A DNA stretch of 64,000 nucleotides from Alphaproteobacteria bacterium (GTDB lineage Bacteria; Pseudomonadota; Alphaproteobacteria; UBA6615), in contig PBWR01000011.1 in the NCBI GenBank assembly GCA_002727315.1, forward strand, positions 766 to 64,765, given 5' to 3'. The notes under the pieces are model-generated. The model was not told the origin of the DNA. It ran no database searches and saw only the letters and a list, made by a program, of their open reading frames with translations. Positions 58,926 to 64,000 of the stretch are shown one piece after another. The first letter of the stretch is position 1. Each line of letters starts with the position of its first letter. The position numbers and the translations under genes were made by a program.

Positions 58926-60992
58926 ATGCCAAAGGTCACAGTTGATGGCGTCGAGATCGAAGTCCCGGACGGGGTGACGGCGCTCCAGGCGTGCGAGATG
59001 GCGGGCAAGGAAATTCCCCGCTTCTGTTACCACGAGCGCCTGTCGGTGGCCGGCAACTGCCGCATGTGCCTCGTCGAAGTCTCGCCGGGTCCGCCGAAGC
59101 CCGCGGCGTCCTGTGCGCTGCCGATCAATGAGGGCATGGAAATCAAGACCGACACCGAGATGGTCCGCAACGCCCGCAACGGCGTCATGGAATTCCTGCT
59201 GATCAACCATCCGCTGGATTGTCCGATCTGCGACCAGGGCGGCGAGTGCGACCTGCAGGACCAGGCGATGGCCTATGGCCGCGACGGCTCGCGTTTTCAT
59301 GAGCACAAGCGTGCGGTCAAGGACAAACATATGGGGCCGCTGGTCAAGACGATCATGACCCGCTGTATCCACTGCACCCGCTGCGTGCGCTTTGCGACCG
59401 AAATTGCCGGTGTGCCGGAACTCGGCTTGCTGGGCCGTGGCGAGCATGCGGAGATCACGACCTATCTCGAGAAGTCGCTCGATTCCGAGCTCAGCGCCAA
59501 CGTCATCGACCTGTGTCCAGTCGGGGCGTTGACCTCGAAGCCATATGCATTCGTGTCACGCCCCTGGGAGCTCGAGAGGACCGAATCCATCGACGTGCTC
59601 GACGCAGTCGGGGCGGCGATCCGGGTCGATTCCCGTCAGACCGAAGTGCTGCGGGTGCTGCCCCGGCTGAACGAGGACGTGAATGAGGAATGGCTGGGCG
59701 ACAAGTCACGTTATGCCTGCGATGCGCTCACGCGTCAGCGTCTCGACCGGCCCTATGTCCGCCGCGACGGCAAGCTGCAGGAAGCCAGCTGGGACGAGGC
59801 GTTTGCAGCCATCGCCGACAAGGTGAAGGCGAGCTCCGGTGACCGGATCGCGGCCATCGCCGGCGATCTGTGCGACACGGAATCGATGTTCGCCCTGAAG
59901 CAGCTGATGGGTGCGCTGGGGTCGTCGAACATCGATTGCCGCCAGGACGGCGCGAAGCTGCCGGCTGGGTCGCGCGCGGCGTATTTAATGAATACGGGCA
60001 TCGCCGGGCTGGAGGACACCGATGCGGTCCTGCTGGTCGGCACCAATCCGCGCTGGGAAGCACCGCTGGTCAACACGCGGCTGCGTAAGGCTTGGCTTCA
60101 GGGTGGCGCCATCATAGCCTCCGTCGGTCCGCAGACAGACATGAGCTATCCGGTCGACAATCTGGGTGCCGGTCCGGACACGCTGAAATCTATCGCCGAC
60201 GGTTTGCATCCGTTCGCCGAGACCCTGCGCAACGCCGAACGCCCCGCCGTGATCGTCGGGATGGGAGCGCTGGCGCGCGATGACGGCGCAGCCGTTCTGG
60301 CCGCCGTCCGGGCACTGGCCGATAGCTGCAATCTTGTGCGCGACGGGTGGAACGGCTTCAACGTGCTGCACACGGCGGCGGCGCGCGTGGGCGGTCTCGA
60401 TATCGGTTTCGTGCCGGGTGAGGGAGGCCGCGACGTGGCGGGTATCGTCTCCGGTGCCGGGGCGGGCGAGATCGACATGGTCTTCCTATTGGGTGCGGAC
60501 GAGATCGACATGTCCGGCCTCGGTGATGCGTTCGTTGTCTATCAGGGCCATCACGGCGATGCCGGGGCCCACCGCGCCGATGTCATTCTGCCGGGCGCGG
60601 CCTACACCGAGAAAAACGGCACCTACGTCAACACCGAGGGCCGGGTGCAGCTGGCGCGTCAGGCGGTGCAGCCACCCGGAGATGCGCGCGGGGACTGGGC
60701 GATTGTCCGCGCCCTCTCCGGTGTGCTCGGCGCCGGGCTTGACTATGTCGCCCTGGGTGACGTGCGCGCCGCGATGGTTGCCGCGAATCCCATCTTCGAC
60801 AATGTAGATCAGGTCACGGCCGCCGACTGGGACGACTTCGGTGAGCCGGGAGAGATGGGGACGGATTCGTTCGAGAGCCCCGTCGATAATTATTACATGA
60901 CTGACCCGATCAGCCGGGCGTCCGAGACCATGGCCGAGTGCACGCGCGAGTTCGTGGCCGGCGACGGCGGAAGGGCCGGCACGGATGGTTGA
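58926..60992 (+). CDS. nuoG: NADH-quinone oxidoreductase subunit G
   Basis: [44 protein letters not shown]. Confidence 0.98.
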   Translation: MPKVTVDGVEIEVPDGVTALQACEMAGKEIPRFCYHERLSVAGNCRMCLVEVSPGPPKPAASCALPINEGMEIKTDTEMVRNARNGVMEFLLINHPLDCPICDQGGECDLQDQAMAYGRDGSRFHEHKRAVKDKHMGPLVKTIMTRCIHCTRCVRFATEIAGVPELGLLGRGEHAEITTYLEKSLDSELSANVIDLCPVGALTSKPYAFVSRPWELERTESIDVLDAVGAAIRVDSRQTEVLRVLPRLNEDVNEEWLGDKSRYACDALTRQRLDRPYVRRDGKLQEASWDEAFAAIADKVKASSGDRIAAIAGDLCDTESMFALKQLMGALGSSNIDCRQDGAKLPAGSRAAYLMNTGIAGLEDTDAVLLVGTNPRWEAPLVNTRLRKAWLQGGAIIASVGPQTDMSYPVDNLGAGPDTLKSIADGLHPFAETLRNAERPAVIVGMGALARDDGAAVLAAVRALADSCNLVRDGWNGFNVLHTAAARVGGLDIGFVPGEGGRDVAGIVSGAGAGEIDMVFLLGADEIDMSGLGDAFVVYQGHHGDAGAHRADVILPGAAYTEKNGTYVNTEGRVQLARQAVQPPGDARGDWAIVRALSGVLGAGLDYVALGDVRAAMVAANPIFDNVDQVTAADWDDFGEPGEMGTDSFESPVDNYYMTDPISRASETMAECTREFVAGDGGRAGTDG

Positions 60993-62004
60993 GTTCTGGT
61001 GGTCATATGCCTGGCCGACGATCTGGATCGTTATCCAGATTCTGTTCATCGTCGTGCCGCTTTTGATCGTGGTTGCTTATCTGACCTATGCAGAACGCAA
61101 GGTAATCGGCCTCATGCAGCTGCGCATGGGTCCGAACGTCGTCGGGCCGTTTGGGCTCTTCCAGCCCTTTGCCGACGCCCTCAAGCTGATGACCAAGGAA
61201 TTGATCATCCCGACGGGGGCGAACCGGGTCGTGTTCCTGCTGGCGCCGATGCTGACGTTCATCCTGGCGATGGTCGGCTGGGCGGTCATCCCGGTGGATG
61301 AGGGATGGGTGCTCTCCGACATCAATGTCGGGGTGCTCTACCTCTTCGCGATCAGCTCGCTGGGCGTCTACGGCATCATCATGGCCGGCTGGGCCTCGAA
61401 TTCGAAATACCCGTTCCTCGGCGCCCTGCGTTCTGCAGCGCAAATGGTGTCCTATGAGGTGTCGATCGGGTTCGTGATCATCACCGTTCTCCTGGCCGTC
61501 GGCTCGCTGAACCTGACGGATATTGTGCTGGCGCAGCAGGATGTCTGGTTCTTCATCCCACTATTGCCGATGTTCATTGTGTTCGTGATCTCGGCCCTGG
61601 CCGAAACCAACCGCGCCCCGTTTGATCTGCCGGAAGCCGAGGCGGAACTCGTCACCGGCTACAATGTCGAATACTCGGCGATGGCGTTCGCGCTCTTTTT
61701 TCTCGGCGAGTACGCCAACATGGTCCTGATGAGCGGGATGACCGTAATCCTGTTCCTTGGCGGCTGGTTGCCGCCCCTCGACATCGCCATCTTCAACTGG
61801 GTGCCGGGGATCATCTGGTTCGCGCTCAAGGTCTCGGCAATGTTGTTCGTGTTCCTGTGGGTGCGCGCCACATTGCCGCGTTATCGATACGATCAGCTCA
61901 TGCGGCTGGGTTGGAAGGTCTTCCTGCCGGCCTCGCTTCTCTGGGTTGTCGTCACCGCTGGTGCCATCGTCGTGTTCGACTGGTACCCCGGCGTTGTGAA
62001 CTAG
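60985..62004 (+). CDS. nuoH: NADH-quinone oxidoreductase subunit H
   Basis: [45 protein letters not shown]. Confidence 0.98.
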   Translation: MVEFWWSYAWPTIWIVIQILFIVVPLLIVVAYLTYAERKVIGLMQLRMGPNVVGPFGLFQPFADALKLMTKELIIPTGANRVVFLLAPMLTFILAMVGWAVIPVDEGWVLSDINVGVLYLFAISSLGVYGIIMAGWASNSKYPFLGALRSAAQMVSYEVSIGFVIITVLLAVGSLNLTDIVLAQQDVWFFIPLLPMFIVFVISALAETNRAPFDLPEAEAELVTGYNVEYSAMAFALFFLGEYANMVLMSGMTVILFLGGWLPPLDIAIFNWVPGIIWFALKVSAMLFVFLWVRATLPRYRYDQLMRLGWKVFLPASLLWVVVTAGAIVVFDWYPGVVN

Positions 62005-62017
62005 GGGAGGCGCAGAC

Positions 62018-62506
62018 ATGGCCATGCTCGACCGTAACGCCCGTTCGCTTCTCCTGTTGGAGATCGCCGCCGGCATGTGGCTGACCTTGAAGTATTTCTT
62101 CAAGCCCAAAGTCACGATCAACTATCCTTACGAGAAGGGCCCCATCAGCCCCCGTTTTCGTGGCGAGCACGCCCTGAGGCGATATCCCAATGGAGAGGAG
62201 CGCTGCATCGCTTGCAAGCTGTGCGAGGCGATCTGCCCGGCCCAGGCGATCACCATCGAGGCCGAGCCGCGCGACGATGGATCGCGCCGGACCACGCGCT
62301 ACGACATCGACATGACGAAGTGCATTTATTGCGGCTTCTGCCAGGAGGCCTGCCCGGTCGACGCGATCGTCGAGGGGCCGAACTTCGAGTTCGCGACCGA
62401 GACCCGTGAGGAGCTGCTTTATGACAAGGAGAAGCTTCTGGTGAATGGCGACCGGTGGGAATCGGAAATTGCGGCGGGGCTCAGCGCCGATGCGCCGTAC
62501 CGGTAG
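62018..62506 (+). CDS. nuoI: NADH-quinone oxidoreductase subunit I
   Basis: Two CxxCxxCxxxCP ferredoxin motifs; [14 protein letters not shown]. Confidence 0.98.
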   Translation: MAMLDRNARSLLLLEIAAGMWLTLKYFFKPKVTINYPYEKGPISPRFRGEHALRRYPNGEERCIACKLCEAICPAQAITIEAEPRDDGSRRTTRYDIDMTKCIYCGFCQEACPVDAIVEGPNFEFATETREELLYDKEKLLVNGDRWESEIAAGLSADAPYR

Positions 62507-62521
62507 GCGGGGGACAGACAC

Positions 62522-63136
62522 GTGATCATCCAGGCACTCGTTTTCTATCTCTTCGCCGCCGTTGTCGTCGCGTCGGGCGTGATGGTGATTTCCGCCCGCA
62601 ACCCGGTGCACTCGGTGTTGTTTTTGATCCTCGCCTTCTTCAATTCCGCCGGCCTGTTTGTCCTGATCGGTGCCGAGTTCTTGGCGATGATCCTGGTGGT
62701 CGTCTATGTCGGCGCGGTCGCGGTGCTGTTCCTGTTCGTGGTCATGATGCTGGACATCAATTTCTCCGAGCTGCGCGAAGGCTTCCTGCAGTACCTGCCG
62801 ATCGGTGCGCTTGTCGGGCTGATCCTGGCCGCGGAGCTGATCCTGATCTTCGGGACCTGGGCCGTCGCGCCCGAGGCGGGGCAGGCCCTGGCCGCCCCGG
62901 CGCTGCCGCCCGACCAGCTGACCAACACCCATGCGATCGGGCAGATCATCTATACCGACTATATCTACCTGTTTCAGGCGGCCGGACTTGTGCTGTTGAT
63001 CGCCATGATCGGGGCTATCGTCCTGACGCTGCGTCACCGGCCCGGGGTGCGGCGCCAGAAGATCGCCGACCAGGTATCGCGGCGGCGCGAGGATGTGGTC
63101 GAGGTGCGTGACATCACTTCTGGGAGCGGCGTCTGA
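62522..63136 (+). CDS. nuoJ: NADH-quinone oxidoreductase subunit J
   Basis: [32 protein letters not shown]. Confidence 0.97.
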   Translation: MIIQALVFYLFAAVVVASGVMVISARNPVHSVLFLILAFFNSAGLFVLIGAEFLAMILVVVYVGAVAVLFLFVVMMLDINFSELREGFLQYLPIGALVGLILAAELILIFGTWAVAPEAGQALAAPALPPDQLTNTHAIGQIIYTDYIYLFQAAGLVLLIAMIGAIVLTLRHRPGVRRQKIADQVSRRREDVVEVRDITSGSGV

Positions 63137-63447
63137 TGCTTGAAATCGGTCTTTCCCACTATCTGACGGTCGGCGCGATCCTGTTCACACTCGGCATTTT
63201 CGGCATCTTCATGAACCGGAAGAACGTGATCATCATCCTGATGTCGGTGGAGTTGATGCTGCTGGCGGTGAACATCAACTTTGTCGCGTTCTCGGCCCAC
63301 TTGCAGGATCTGGTCGGCCAGATTTTCGCGATGTTCGTGCTGACGGTCGCGGCGGCGGAAGCGGCCATCGGTCTGGCGATCCTGGTAGTCTACTTCCGCA
63401 ACCGCGGTTCGATCGCGGTTGAAGACATCAATATGATGAAGGGCTGA
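63136..63447 (+). CDS. nuoK: NADH-quinone oxidoreductase subunit K
   Basis: [27 protein letters not shown]. Confidence 0.97.
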   Translation: MLEIGLSHYLTVGAILFTLGIFGIFMNRKNVIIILMSVELMLLAVNINFVAFSAHLQDLVGQIFAMFVLTVAAAEAAIGLAILVVYFRNRGSIAVEDINMMKG

Positions 63448-63454
63448 TACGGGG

Positions 63455-64000
63455 ATGATCGAACTCGCAGTCTTTTTGCCGCTGGCAGGCGGTGTGATCG
63501 CCGGTCTCTTCGGAGTTCGGATGGGCGACCGCACCTCGCAGCTGAGCACCGTCATTCCGATGCTGATCGCCGCTGTCCTGTCGTGCGTCATCCTGTGGGA
63601 CGTCGCGATCCAGGGCAATGACCGCACGGTCCACCTGTTCGCCTGGATCAACTCCGGCACGCTGGAGCTGGGCTGGGCCCTGCGCGTCGATACGCTGACC
63701 GCCGTTATGATGTTCGTGGTCAATGTCGTGTCCTCGATGGTGCACGTCTATTCGGTCGGCTACATGTCGCACGACGCCCACAAGCCTCGCTTCATGGCGT
63801 ATCTCAGCCTGTTCACCTTCTTCATGCTGGCGCTGGTGACGGCCGACAACTTCGTCCAGATGTTCTTCGGCTGGGAAGGCGTCGGGTTGATGTCCTACCT
63901 GCTGATCGGCTTCTGGTTTGGCCGGCCGTCGGCGAATGCGGCTGCGATCAAGGCCTTCGTCGTCAACCGGGTGGGCGATTTCGGCTTCATGCTCGGAATT
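63455..64000 (+). CDS. nuoL: NADH-quinone oxidoreductase subunit L, 3'-truncated by the window edge
   Basis: ATG 63455 MIELAVFLPL...; DTLTAVM, VHVYSVGYM, RFMAYLSLFTF, GWEGVG, SYLLIGFW, KAFVVNRVGDFG; open to the end of the window. Confidence 0.95.
   Translation, partial: MIELAVFLPLAGGVIAGLFGVRMGDRTSQLSTVIPMLIAAVLSCVILWDVAIQGNDRTVHLFAWINSGTLELGWALRVDTLTAVMMFVVNVVSSMVHVYSVGYMSHDAHKPRFMAYLSLFTFFMLALVTADNFVQMFFGWEGVGLMSYLLIGFWFGRPSANAAAIKAFVVNRVGDFGFMLGI

Overview
High-GC alphaproteobacterial chromosome segment. It is most consistent with a Rhodospirillales-like lineage, because tRNA-His keeps G-1:C73 and the core gene order is typical. The core backbone is xdhAB, typA, cspA, a DEAD-box helicase, parE, glnA-glnB (sigma54/NtrC promoter), tRNA-His, nnr, tRNA-Leu, tig-clpP-clpX-lon-hupB, tRNA-Val, tRNA-Asp and nuoA-L, with nuoF carrying a 1-nt frameshift. 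Three accessory regions are interspersed. (i) A ~7.2-25.5 kb catabolic region includes a TetR-linked, divergent NicX-like ring-cleavage dioxygenase whose substrate-binding residues appear substituted, plus a formamidase-like hydrolase, a C-C-hydrolase-like enzyme and a luciferase-like monooxygenase; this is the best candidate for an undescribed N-heterocycle degradation system. (ii) A six-gene catabolic block lies between tRNA-Val and tRNA-Asp. A divergent LLM-monooxygenase/HSL-esterase pair occurs once in each of regions (i) and (ii). (iii) A ~1.2 kb tRNA-His island is bounded by two complete, identical tRNA-His genes and holds a decayed tyrosine integrase and a low-GC membrane-protein gene. 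Other notable signals are a gammaproteobacterial-type typA with a terminator just upstream of its start, a three-hairpin structure after cspA, a tandem OsmC protein with one intact Cys pair, and several deletion or nonsense pseudogenes, including a secreted-protein/ArsI-CadI chimera. All family assignments come from motif recognition and recalled reference sequences; no database searches were run.
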